Shown one piece after another: positions 1 to 8,584 of a stretch of DNA of 64,000 nt. Each line of letters begins with the position of its first letter. The stretch's first letter is position 1. Location of the stretch: positions 244 to 64,243 of the forward strand of contig JBKPCH010000031.1 of the NCBI GenBank assembly GCA_046727275.1. The letters are read 5' to 3'. Below the pieces are notes generated by a model. That model saw nothing but the letters and a program-made list of their open reading frames with translations, had not been told where the DNA came from and made no database searches. The translations under genes were made by a program, and so were the position numbers. The DNA comes from Candidatus Dormiibacterota bacterium. Its GTDB lineage: Bacteria; Chloroflexota; Dormibacteria; Dormibacterales; Dormibacteraceae.

Positions 1-187
1 CCACCAGGTAGTCCTCTGTCTGAACAGTGGGATAAATCGCCGAACCATGGACATGAACGGCTCCGAAGGTGAATGAGGTGGCGAACGAGATCGCCATGTA
101 GTCTGGCAGCGCGAAAACGAGAAGTACGGGAACCAGGATCGCGACCACGAGGGCTAAGTCTGTCGCTCGGCCCCTCGTCTGCCGCAT
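1..187 (-). CDS. hypothetical membrane protein, N-terminal part; gene runs off the left edge
   Basis: My translation of the minus strand from the ATG at 187-185 gives MRQTRGRATDLALVVAILVPVLLVFALPDYMAISFATSF..., with a hydrophobic helix. It stays open to position 1. It is too short for the ORF track. Confidence 0.3.
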   Translation of the reverse strand, partial: MRQTRGRATDLALVVAILVPVLLVFALPDYMAISFATSFTFGAVHVHGSAIYPTVQTEDYLV

Positions 188-885
188 CGCACAAATCTAT
201 CGCACAGTCGGCGGCCGCTGACGGAGCAGCCCGGGGAGGCGCCGGGAGGTACCGAACTCGCGAATGTACATCGTCGCTGTCCGGTCCCCCGCCGCCGCGT
301 TCCACGGACCCGGCGCTGCTGGACTCGACCGCGCCGCGCGAGGCTGGGGCCATTCGAGCTGCTGAACTCGTGCTCGCACTACGGACCGGCATCCGCTACC
401 GCCGACGGCGGCCATGGTCGTTCATGTCGGCCGCGACCTCCGCAACCAGGACCAGGCGGCCGCCGTGCCCGGAGGAGCGCGAGGCCGTCCCGGTGGCGCT
501 CGACCTGGCACCGGCTGCGCTCGCTGCCCGCCCCCCGGCCGGCGCGAGATGGTCGAGGCGCTGCAGGCGTGCCTGGCCCAGGGTGAGCCGCCGGGCCGCG
601 GCCGGGCGGTGGCGCGGGCGATGCGGCACGTGCTCGTTGGGGAGCGGCGGGGCACCGGAGCTTGGGACACCTCGGTCGGGCCTGGCACCGGAGGACAAGT
701 GGCTGTTCACCAAGCTGCCGCTGACCGGCACCGTCAGATCCCAGGCCGTAAGGTCTGAGGCTTCGACGAGTGCGGTCACAGCTCTGGCGGTCGTGGCGAT
801 TTCATGCCGATGACCTTCGGGGTCTCTGCACACGTCGCCTTACCACATCTGGAACGGCGGCGTTCCAGCAGCGCGTGCGCCCGAC

Positions 886-1971
886 TTACGGCGAGGTCCG
901 ACCAGGGCTAAGAAGCCGCTGAAACGCGCCTGACCATCCCAGCACGACGACATAAAGGTTCGCGATCAACAGTAAGACCGTCGCGAGAGCGAAGATCGCG
1001 GACACGGCGGTGAAGAATACGAAGAGTAAGACTAGAAACGACCATCCCACGATTGACCAAAGAGGAATCCGTACGCGTGAGGGTGTAACTGCGCAGGCCC
1101 ACAAGCACCAGGCTAGGAGAGTCATCAGTCCTGACCAGAAGATCCAGTAGAGAATGGGGCCGGGAGGCCCTGCCTGATCCGCGACCGCCACCCCCAGCAT
1201 AGCCGCCATTGAAATCGGTGGACCACCCAGGAAAACGAGCGTGCCTACGCGGCTGCGCTCCGGGCGCACTATTCGTCCCACACGATGCAGTTCCGTGGCA
1301 TATCCTCTCTCCAGCAGCTGTCCGGTCAATCTTGACAGGACGGACTGGTCGGCCTCGACCGACCGGATATCGCTGGGTACATGCATGTCGAGTCGACGAA
1401 GCACTTGGAAGAACTCCGATACAACGTAAAGCGAGCCACCTAGTCCGAGAAAAAATGCAGTCGTCCCAATCAAGCCTGTGCTGGCCGCACTTGCACAACC
1501 AAGGATGGACAGGACGACTATGCCGACGAGTAGCGTTCCCCCTAAATCGAACCTGACCTTGAAGGAGACCGAGTTGAAGCTTAGTGCGGCCAGGCCAGTC
1601 ACTGCTCCGATGACTGTGCTGCGCAACGCATCCGGTACGACTTGTATGATGGCATTAAGGCGTAGTGCAGCCACCTGAACCAGTCTTCCTAGCTCGGCAG
1701 GGTCAACTAAGGTTGCCAGAAGTTGGGGGGTACTGAACGCCCCTAGCACAAATGCATAGCTGGCCAGAACCAGCAATCGAGTCACCAGTCGCCCGACCTC
1801 GGTGCGTACAGCGGCATCCGCCCCGGCCCTGAGTTCCTGCTCGCTTTGGCTGCGCGCCTCCCTCTTTAGAGCCTCAATGCGGAGAGTCAGGTACTGTTCG
1901 AGGGTTCGTTCCAAGTATAGTGAGTTACGTTCCGCCCGTATCGAATGGTCTCGGCGGTACCCACCTATCAC
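886..1971 (-). CDS. hypothetical multi-pass membrane protein
   Basis: 361-aa ORF with several long hydrophobic stretches (LVGIVVLSILGCASAA, FLVLLFVFFTAVSAIFALATVLLLIANLYVVVLGW). It lies in a lower-GC patch, 10 nt downstream of the 1981-2928 ORF. Confidence 0.55.
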   Translation of the reverse strand: MIGGYRRDHSIRAERNSLYLERTLEQYLTLRIEALKREARSQSEQELRAGADAAVRTEVGRLVTRLLVLASYAFVLGAFSTPQLLATLVDPAELGRLVQVAALRLNAIIQVVPDALRSTVIGAVTGLAALSFNSVSFKVRFDLGGTLLVGIVVLSILGCASAASTGLIGTTAFFLGLGGSLYVVSEFFQVLRRLDMHVPSDIRSVEADQSVLSRLTGQLLERGYATELHRVGRIVRPERSRVGTLVFLGGPPISMAAMLGVAVADQAGPPGPILYWIFWSGLMTLLAWCLWACAVTPSRVRIPLWSIVGWSFLVLLFVFFTAVSAIFALATVLLLIANLYVVVLGWSGAFQRLLSPGRTSP

Positions 1972-1980
1972 GGATCGGAA

Positions 1981-2928
1981 CTACGAATCATACCAGAAAC
2001 GGTCCGAACTGGAAGCGGTTCCCGCCTTACTCGTCACCTCCAGAATGCAGCAGCTAATATCAGCTTTGCTTTCTTTTGGGCTCTTTACCGCCATGTCTGT
2101 ATCACTCTTCACGTTCAGGTCGGTTCCAGAGGCTGATCCGAATTTAAGTTCACTAGCGCCGGTAAAACCGTGACCAAGTACCTCGACATAAGTACCCCCT
2201 CCACTGGGGCCATGGTTAGGGCTGAAGCTCCTGATCTCGACAGCTGGGACCCACACTTCAAGGTGTTCCCACCCGATAGTCTCGCCGTCCGGAAAAGTGC
2301 AAGTCACGACCCAATCCACGCTTACCGCTTGATTCGGTCGTGCGGGGGCATCTGGCCGGTCAGGAATGGCGATATCCCAGGCCAAGGTGATCGAACCGGG
2401 AGGCGCAATAACCTTCTCCTGCAGATGCGAACCGTCGCCCGGTGAGAGGTGCCAAGCATCCGCCGGCACGAACGACACGGCCGGTGAACATCGTGTACCA
2501 GCTGGGATCTCGGGTATAGCAGACAACGCAGTTGGGCAGGGAGGCTGGTCAGATTGTCCGCACGCAACCTTAAGAAGAGGATTCCGAGCTCCGCCCTCAA
2601 ACCGAAGCCAGTCCATGAATCGCACTTTCGACGACGGCGATGTGGCAGGTGTTACAGCCGGCGCAGACGATGGAGCATGCGGGACCGTTGGTGAGGCTGA
2701 AGCAGACGGACCCGGCGGCGGGGCTGAACCAGGTGTGCCGGGAAGTAGTCCTGGCGCTAGGGCAGTAGCCGATGCTGCCGACTTCGGTTGAGATTGTGCG
2801 GAATGCTTACTGCCAGATGCTGGCCCGCAGACAGTGCTGCAAGCCTGAGTCACGACTGCGATGATGGCCACCGAAACCAAGCCAGACGAAAACCGAGTCT
2901 TGTGTCGCGACGCCCATAGTGCTGTCAT
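1981..2928 (-). CDS. putative lipoprotein with C-terminal IPT/TIG-like Ig fold
   Basis: N-terminus has a signal plus lipobox-like VTQAC. A Pro/Ser/Ala-rich linker follows. The C-terminus IRSFSPNHGPSGGGTYVEVLGHGFTGASELKFG resembles IPT/TIG repeats. Confidence 0.55.
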   Translation of the reverse strand: MTALWASRHKTRFSSGLVSVAIIAVVTQACSTVCGPASGSKHSAQSQPKSAASATALAPGLLPGTPGSAPPPGPSASASPTVPHAPSSAPAVTPATSPSSKVRFMDWLRFEGGARNPLLKVACGQSDQPPCPTALSAIPEIPAGTRCSPAVSFVPADAWHLSPGDGSHLQEKVIAPPGSITLAWDIAIPDRPDAPARPNQAVSVDWVVTCTFPDGETIGWEHLEVWVPAVEIRSFSPNHGPSGGGTYVEVLGHGFTGASELKFGSASGTDLNVKSDTDMAVKSPKESKADISCCILEVTSKAGTASSSDRFWYDS

Positions 2929-3201
2929 GTCCTGGGCCCTGGATCCTCGATATTAGAGAGCGCAGCGACCGACGAACAGAGGCAAAACGCGCAAGACTAC
3001 GGGACATGCGCCCACCGCTATGGGCATCGATATGGAGGCGCTGCCGGGAGGCCTGCGCCGCCGCCCGAAGGCCGACCTGTCGCTGACGGCAGACCGGACC
3101 GGTCGCTGGCTGGCCGGCGGCGGCCGGCCCGACGTGCTGGCGGCGGCGCTCCGGACGTTCTTCGGCGGCCCCGACCTGTCTTCCGCGCCCGCCGGCAAAC
3201 C

Positions 3202-3396
3202 TCAGCCGGAAGCTTGCGGAACCCGGAATCCGTCCCCGTTCCGGTAGGTCAGTCGGAGGGCCTGGTCCCCACTGCGGATCATGACCCAGGCCATACCCGC
3301 CTCCTCACGCGGTTCGTGAAGCACGCGCCACTCCTGGCCGCCGCCGTCGACGACCACCTGGTCGGTGCGGAGGGCGACAATCTCCGAATCTGTCAT
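3202..3396 (-). CDS. small hypothetical protein
   Basis: 64-aa ORF with non-biased composition (MTDSEIVALRTDQVVVDGGGQEWRVLHEPREEAGMAWVMIRSGD...). No recognisable family. Confidence 0.3.
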   Translation of the reverse strand: MTDSEIVALRTDQVVVDGGGQEWRVLHEPREEAGMAWVMIRSGDQALRLTYRNGDGFRVPQASG

Positions 3397-3690
3397 GTCG
3401 TCCTGACATTACTCCGCCCGCGCTGGCGGAGAATTGCAGCCGGCGCCGCTCCTCGCGGGCTGTGGACGCGAAGGTGGTGGCGGCCGGCGTGCCGGTGGCC
3501 TGAGCCTGCTGGAGCTGGCCAGGTGGGTCGGCGAGCAGATCCGCTGAGCCTGCCGGCGGCCGGCCCCGGATCTGGTCGAGGCCGTCGTCGCGGCCCTGCC
3601 GGGCGGCCAGCGCCAGCGGCCAGAGGTGGAGGCCGGGTCCGAGGCACCGTCACCCTGCCGGCGGCCTGGGTGGGTGGCGTTCGGCGACAC

Positions 3691-4203
3691 CTACCTGCGG
3701 GAAGTAGCCAGTCTGCGCCTGCGACGCGCGATACCCCGTTGCTTCTGGTACTCGCGCCAGGTGAGCCAGGCCACGACGGCGTCGAAGACGGTCAGACCGA
3801 CGAGTCCGATCGATGGCGCGAACGTCAACCGGTACACCTGGTAGCCGATGAAGGCGAGGAGGAACGCAATCGTCCACGGGTAGGCCCAGAGCTTGTTCCT
3901 CAGCAGGGCGGCGACCAGCACGATCTTGACGGCGCCGTGCGAGAGCAGGTACAGGGCGCCAAAGCGGACCGAGGCTCCTGTCAGGCCGCCAGCGGCGTGG
4001 AGAAGATGCGTGGCCAAGAAGTCGTGGGGATCCTCGGAGAGCTCATGCTGCGTTAGGGCCCGGGTCAGGCTGTTGATCGTGGCAGGCGTCACCACGAGGA
4101 GGATCAAGCCGCCCAGTACCTCCAGGACACCGTCCAGGCCCTTCAGCGAGATCCCGACCACGAAGGCCCGGTCGAGCAGGTCTCCGCGCTTCAACAACCT
4201 CAT
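3691..4203 (-). CDS. DUF2127-family membrane protein
   Basis: From the internal ATG the protein reads MRLLKRGDLLDRAFVVGISLKGLDGVLEVLGGLILLVV...LYLLSHGAVKIVLVAALLRNKLWAYPW, typical of DUF2127. I trimmed the ORF-track start at 4311. Confidence 0.7.
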   Translation of the reverse strand: MRLLKRGDLLDRAFVVGISLKGLDGVLEVLGGLILLVVTPATINSLTRALTQHELSEDPHDFLATHLLHAAGGLTGASVRFGALYLLSHGAVKIVLVAALLRNKLWAYPWTIAFLLAFIGYQVYRLTFAPSIGLVGLTVFDAVVAWLTWREYQKQRGIARRRRRLATSRR

Positions 4204-4681
4204 GTGCCGTCCTCCCTGCTGCGGGCCCTGGACCCCGCGAACCGGACTCCTCATCGAGATTACGGCCCGGAGGTCGACCCTGCCTTCATCGGGAGAAAGC
4301 ACCGATGTCACGGCCGTGTAAGGTCCCGGCGGAGTTACGGCCGACCCGCCGCCAGGCGGCTGGGGCGACGCTGCTGGAGGCGGGCACCAGGGCCGCCGAC
4401 GCGGTCGTCGAGAGCGAGGTGGTGCGGGCAGCGTACTCCTGCCGGTCGCGTCGCTGCCCGGCTGGCGTCCGCCGCGGCGCGGGTGGCTGAGCGCGTCCGG
4501 CAGCTCCGCGCCGAGGCGTCCGAGTTCCGGCTGGACGCGCTGCCGACCGTCCCGATCTCCTGGTCACCGGCCGCGACGTGGTCGCTCCAGTCACGCCGCC
4601 CGAGCAGATCGATTGGCGCTGAGCGGCCGGCCCGTACGGTGGCGGGCGGTCACCGCCGCCGCCACCGGCCCTCCCGGCGGA

Positions 4682-5890
4682 TCAGGCTGACTTCCGACCC
4701 AGGACCACCGTGAAGCGGCTCAGCGTATGATGCTGTTCCCACTCCTGCTGCATCGCCGTGACCAGTTGCCGGTACTCCTGCTCCGAGACACCGAACTTCG
4801 CCTCGAAGAGGCCGGCCGTCCGCATCGACACAGAGCGAAAGTCCGTAGCCATCAGGGATCCGATCCGGCCCCCCCATTCCCCAATCGGGAGCGTGACCTC
4901 CCGTGCCTCGATGTCGATCAGGCCGGCCCGGCGCGCCTGCTCGCCCAGGCTTCGGTAGATGATCCCGGTCGTGTCCAGGCCTACGTCCCTGAACACCCCC
5001 CACATCATCTCTAACAGCCGGCTGGTCGCCGGTCCGGCCGGCCCGATCTCGGGCGCCAGCTCGACGAGCTCGAGCCAGCCGTTCGGACGCATCACGCGCA
5101 CCAGCTCCGTCATCGCCCGGGCCCAGGCCTTGACCGGCACGCCCGTCAGCAGTCGCTGGTGGACGAAGTCGAAACGATCGTTCGCGAAGGGCAGGCCCTG
5201 GAGCAGGTTGCCCCGCACGAAGCGGTAGGTGGCCGGCCACGGCCGCTTGCTCGGCACCAGGTCGAAGCCCACGACCAGGGCCCGTGGGAACTCCACGCAG
5301 AGTTCGTACGCCCACAATCCGGTGCCACAGCCCACGTCCAGGATCCGGGCCGGCTGCTTCAGCGGCGCCAGGTAGTTCGCGCCCAGGCGCTCCTGCAGCA
5401 CGTAGTGCTGGAGATCCAGGCGATCGATCTCAGAGGGTTCGATCGCATGGTGGGGCAGCAGGTATGGCAGCTCGCCACCATTGCTTCCTCCGCCGGCCTG
5501 CTCGACGGCGGTGATCTCCTCCTCGTTCGGCACTTCCAGTGACCATTCCACCACGCCCAGCTCCCTGGCCATCCCGGATAGTGAGCTCAGCGTGCCCAGG
5601 CGACGGCGGACGGTCGCCTGGGCTCGGCCTCGGCGGCGCAGTTCGACCGCGAAGTCCAGCACCAAGCGACGGCCCTGCTCACGACCGGCCAGCAGCTCCG
5701 CCACCGCATTCGCCGGCGTCTTGCCGCGAAAGCGCGCGAAGTCCTCCAGGTCGGTGGCGTAGGCCTGCCGCGTGCGGCCCGACCACCTGGCTAGGAACCG
5801 CTCGACCAGCCTCTCGGCGCGCTCCCCCACGGTCATCCCGGCGGCCATATTCGGGATCCACTCTACAGGCCAGCGCCCATCCATCTCCAC
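4682..5890 (-). CDS. fusion protein: tyrosine-recombinase N-terminal SAM-like (core-binding) domain plus class I SAM-dependent methyltransferase
   Basis: N-terminal part TRQAYATDLEDFARFRGKTPANAVAELLAG...RGRAQATVRRRLGTLSSLSGMAREL looks like a phage-integrase N-terminal domain. C-terminal part has ILDVGCGTGLWAYEL, VVGFDL and FDFVHQRLL, which are methyltransferase motifs I, II and post-I. No catalytic integrase domain is present. Confidence 0.75.
   Translation of the reverse strand: MEMDGRWPVEWIPNMAAGMTVGERAERLVERFLARWSGRTRQAYATDLEDFARFRGKTPANAVAELLAGREQGRRLVLDFAVELRRRGRAQATVRRRLGTLSSLSGMARELGVVEWSLEVPNEEEITAVEQAGGGSNGGELPYLLPHHAIEPSEIDRLDLQHYVLQERLGANYLAPLKQPARILDVGCGTGLWAYELCVEFPRALVVGFDLVPSKRPWPATYRFVRGNLLQGLPFANDRFDFVHQRLLTGVPVKAWARAMTELVRVMRPNGWLELVELAPEIGPAGPATSRLLEMMWGVFRDVGLDTTGIIYRSLGEQARRAGLIDIEAREVTLPIGEWGGRIGSLMATDFRSVSMRTAGLFEAKFGVSEQEYRQLVTAMQQEWEQHHTLSRFTVVLGRKSA
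5438..5743 (-). repeat. copy 1 of a ~306-bp inverted duplication, inside the intact 4682-5890 gene
   Basis: Hand alignment to 23076-23382 on the opposite strand gives roughly 80-85% identity. Identical runs include ctgggcgtggtggaatggtcactggaagtgccgaacgaggaggag and ggcaagacgccggcgaatgcggtggcggag. Confidence 0.8.
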
Positions 5891-6249
5891 CCGTACGAGA
5901 CCCGAGTAATGCCCGCCTCAGGATGGCCGAGCCAGTCGAGGCCGCCCGGGTAGGCCGGGCCGGGCGCGTGTCCGGCCGGCGGCGCCGCTGCGGCTGACCG
6001 GGCGCTTGAGCGTGCCTGGTGGCAGCGCAGACGGCCTGGCCGGGGTCGTGGCGTACGTGCTGGACGCTGGCGGCTTACGGTGCATCGTCGCGGACGCCGC
6101 GGCGGACGGGCCACCCGCCGCGGCGCGGCGGGCCTGCACGTGCAGGGCGCGACCGGCTCCGCGGACGGCAGGCTGAGCCCGACCAAGCGCGTCGTACGCA
6201 AGCACCGCTATCGTGAGGAGGTAGTGCGAAGCCAACTACCTCAACCGAG

Positions 6250-6735
6250 GTGCGTCACTTGGACGACCAGATGTGGATGACTGTCCCTCTTGATCGCCTG
6301 ACGATCGCTGATAATGGCCCGCCTCAAAGCATTGCTATGGACCGGCTAGGCCCTGACCATATTCGCCCGACGTTCACTCTCGAAGCATTGCCTCTCATTG
6401 CAGAAGCATTCTCTGATCGATCCTGGGACGATCAGAGCGTGAGTCAACGAGTCCTGGATCCCGATACCCTCCGACGGCTGATCGTGGCTCGGGATACCGA
6501 GCGTCTAGTCGGTCTAACCACTGTCCACAGCACAACGAAGCCCACAGTGGCACGCTTGCATTGGCTGGCAGTGGCAGAGTCACACCGCCGCCTTGGAATT
6601 GGCAGAGCGCTGGTGGTAGCTGCGGCCGAGGAGGCTGGCGCAGCAGGGTTCTCTGAAATGACATTGAAGACCGAGTCATACCGCACAGCCGCAATCGCGC
6701 TCTATCGCCGATTGGGCTTTACGACCTCGGCCTGA
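6250..6735 (+). CDS. GNAT-family N-acetyltransferase
   Basis: Motif A-like LHWLAVAESHRRLGIGRALVVAAAEEAGAAGFSEMTLKTESYRTAAIALYRRLGF. Located in a lower-GC patch. Confidence 0.75.
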   Translation: MRHLDDQMWMTVPLDRLTIADNGPPQSIAMDRLGPDHIRPTFTLEALPLIAEAFSDRSWDDQSVSQRVLDPDTLRRLIVARDTERLVGLTTVHSTTKPTVARLHWLAVAESHRRLGIGRALVVAAAEEAGAAGFSEMTLKTESYRTAAIALYRRLGFTTSA

Positions 6736-7253
6736 GCACCAGGCAGGCATTGCTGAATCCGATGCCAGCTCCTCGTCAAGTCGCCGGACATGTGGACTAG
6801 CTGCCCAACCGTCAAGATCGTCCCGTACAGTCTGAATTCGCTGCATATGACCGATATGCCCCAAGCCGCGTGCCGACGCGACTGCCTCGCTCAGCAGCGT
6901 ACAGGCCTGTTCAACATCGCCTTCGAGGCGCGGCGGACGGCGCCGCTACGCGGGTGCCGGCACGCAAACTGCGCGAACTGCCTGCGCTATGCGGCGGCAT
7001 GGCGGGAGGGGACGCTCGCGCGGCTCAACGTGATGCAGATGCACCTGCAAGTGGCGGTGTGAGGGCTGATCCGCCACCGACTTGTCGGCCGTTGTTGGAA
7101 TCGACGATGGGGGCCTGTAAACCGGGACGGGACGAACCGTTCGGCGCTCGTGGTCTGGGGAGGCCGTGAGGGTCGAATCTCGCGATCGCGCGTCGTTGAC
7201 CGCGGTGACGTGGCTGCCGCCGGAGGCACCACGGGAGCCCGGTCTGCTCCGGC

Positions 7254-7721
7254 ATGGAGAACGACGCGATGAACGGTCAGATGACGGTGTGCCAGCTGCG
7301 GCTGGACGAGTGCGAGGTGGCGCTGAGCGAGGTCCTCGTCGCCGCGGACCGGCGGGCACGCCTGCTGGTGCCCTTCGAGGGGACGTGGAACGGCCGGCCT
7401 GTGGTCGTCACGGCGGCGCTCGAGCGGACGGCGGTTGTGATCCCCGCGGACTCGTCGGGCCACCCCGGCGACCGGATGCTGGTACGGCAGGCAGACGTCC
7501 TGGTCCACCCCGGCCGGCTGCGCTGGAAGGAGACCAGGCCGACGCGCCCGGGCGAGGGCCTCGTCCTCCAGCCTCGGCAGCGGCCGAAGCGGTGCTCGGA
7601 CTGCCGGCGCACGGCTGACGAGGCCGAGTTCAGGGCCTACAAGGCGGCCTACTGCGTGGAGTGCTCGCGGAGGAGGCAGGCGGTGATCAATCGGACGCGG
7701 AGGAGGGAGGTGGCGGCATGA
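7254..7721 (+). CDS. hypothetical protein with C-terminal CxxC...CxxC zinc-ribbon-like motif
   Basis: 155-aa ORF. The tail reads KRCSDCRRTADEAEFRAYKAAYCVECSRRR. No family recognised. Confidence 0.4.
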   Translation: MENDAMNGQMTVCQLRLDECEVALSEVLVAADRRARLLVPFEGTWNGRPVVVTAALERTAVVIPADSSGHPGDRMLVRQADVLVHPGRLRWKETRPTRPGEGLVLQPRQRPKRCSDCRRTADEAEFRAYKAAYCVECSRRRQAVINRTRRREVAA

Positions 7722-7739
7722 ATCGGGTAAACGGGAGGT

Positions 7740-7767
7740 GCAGGTTCGATTCCGTGTCCGGGCTCCA
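7740..7767 (+). other. isolated tRNA 3'-end-like fragment (T-loop, 3' T-stem, 3' acceptor, CCA)
   Basis: gcagg-ttcgatt-ccgtg-tccgggc-t-cca has exact tRNA 3'-half spacing. Nothing upstream pairs with it. Confidence 0.35.
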
Positions 7768-7784
7768 ACAATCCCCTTCTCGAC

Positions 7785-7857
7785 GGGTATGAAGCTCATG
7801 GGGCAGAGCACCGAGCGTCAAATCCGGGTGTCGCAGGTTCGACTCCCTCCGGGCCCG
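7785..7857 (+). other. degenerate tRNA-like element (pseudo-tRNA), anticodon position reads UCA
   Basis: Hand fold: acceptor GGGTATG/CGGGCCC pairs 6 of 7 with wobbles. D arm is GCTC-ATGGGGCA-GAGC. Anticodon stem CCGAG/TCCGG pairs 4 of 5, with loop CGTCAAA. The variable loop is 5 nt. T arm GCAGG-TTCGACT-CCCTC pairs 3 of 5. There is no CCA, and position 33 is G instead of U. Confidence 0.3.
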
Positions 7858-8101
7858 GCCCGAGGTCGTCGTCGTCCAGGTCGCTGAGCCAGCCTGTCGG
7901 CATGGCGTATCGCTGGGCGAACCGGAGTCGCGCTGTCTCCGCCGGCTTTGGATGACCGCCGCCGGCCAGTCGCCTGCACAGCTCATCCTCTTCGATCTGC
8001 CCCCGCAGGTGCGCCCAGGTCCATCCGGCCGGTGAGCTGGCCCAGCGCGCATGCGCGGAACGGCGGCGCCGCCAGCCGACGTGTTCGGCTCGAAGGATCA
8101 C
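7796..8101 (-). CDS. hypothetical protein
   Basis: 101-aa ORF. Its GTG start overlaps the stop of the upstream ORF in a GTGA arrangement, a junction type that recurs between confident genes in this window. Confidence 0.35.
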   Translation of the reverse strand: MILRAEHVGWRRRRSAHARWASSPAGWTWAHLRGQIEEDELCRRLAGGGHPKPAETARLRFAQRYAMPTGWLSDLDDDDLGPGPEGVEPATPGFDARCSAP

Positions 8102-8355
8102 CAGCCACAGCGGGACCCCCAGCTCCAGGCAGCGGGGACCTCCGCGGCCAGGATGCGCGAGAACCCGGCGGGCGACACGTCGCCGGCCGCCAGGACCGGC
8201 GGCCCGAAGGCGTGCCGCGCTCGCCAGAGGCCCGCTGCCCGGAGCCGACGCCGCATCGTTCCCCAGCCCCGCTTGGGCAGCACCAGCGCGAGCGCGAGCC
8301 AGAGCACGGCCGCCGAGGCCAGTGATTCAGCCGGGGACGGCACGAGCTTCTCCAC
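8098..8355 (-). CDS. hypothetical small membrane protein
   Basis: 85-aa ORF with the hydrophobic segment ASAAVLWLALALVLP. Coupled by a GTGA overlap to 7796-8101. Confidence 0.35.
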   Translation of the reverse strand: MEKLVPSPAESLASAAVLWLALALVLPKRGWGTMRRRLRAAGLWRARHAFGPPVLAAGDVSPAGFSRILAAEVPAAWSWGSRCGW

Positions 8356-8584
8356 TGAACAGGTCCGGAAGGAGCTGTTGAGCCAGGCGCCTCGTCTCGC
8401 TCATCTCCGTTCAGCTCCTCGCAGCCATGATGCAGCAGATTCCTGTCAAGCGCGGCGGACATTCCCCGGACAGTTGGAAGAGGTTTGCGTCACCACTCCC
8501 AGGATTGTCACCTTGCGGCTGCACGCCGCCCCGGCGCGTCGGCACGCTCCCAGGCGGGCGGGCGCCGCGATCGAGAAACGCTGG

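Noticed and set aside
73-833. Several overlapping ORFs in the first 830 nt: 73-813 (+), 396-833 (-) and 414-758 (+).
   Set aside because: None shows a recognisable motif or a convincing composition. The region may be non-coding or hold a gene I cannot recognise, so I left it unannotated.
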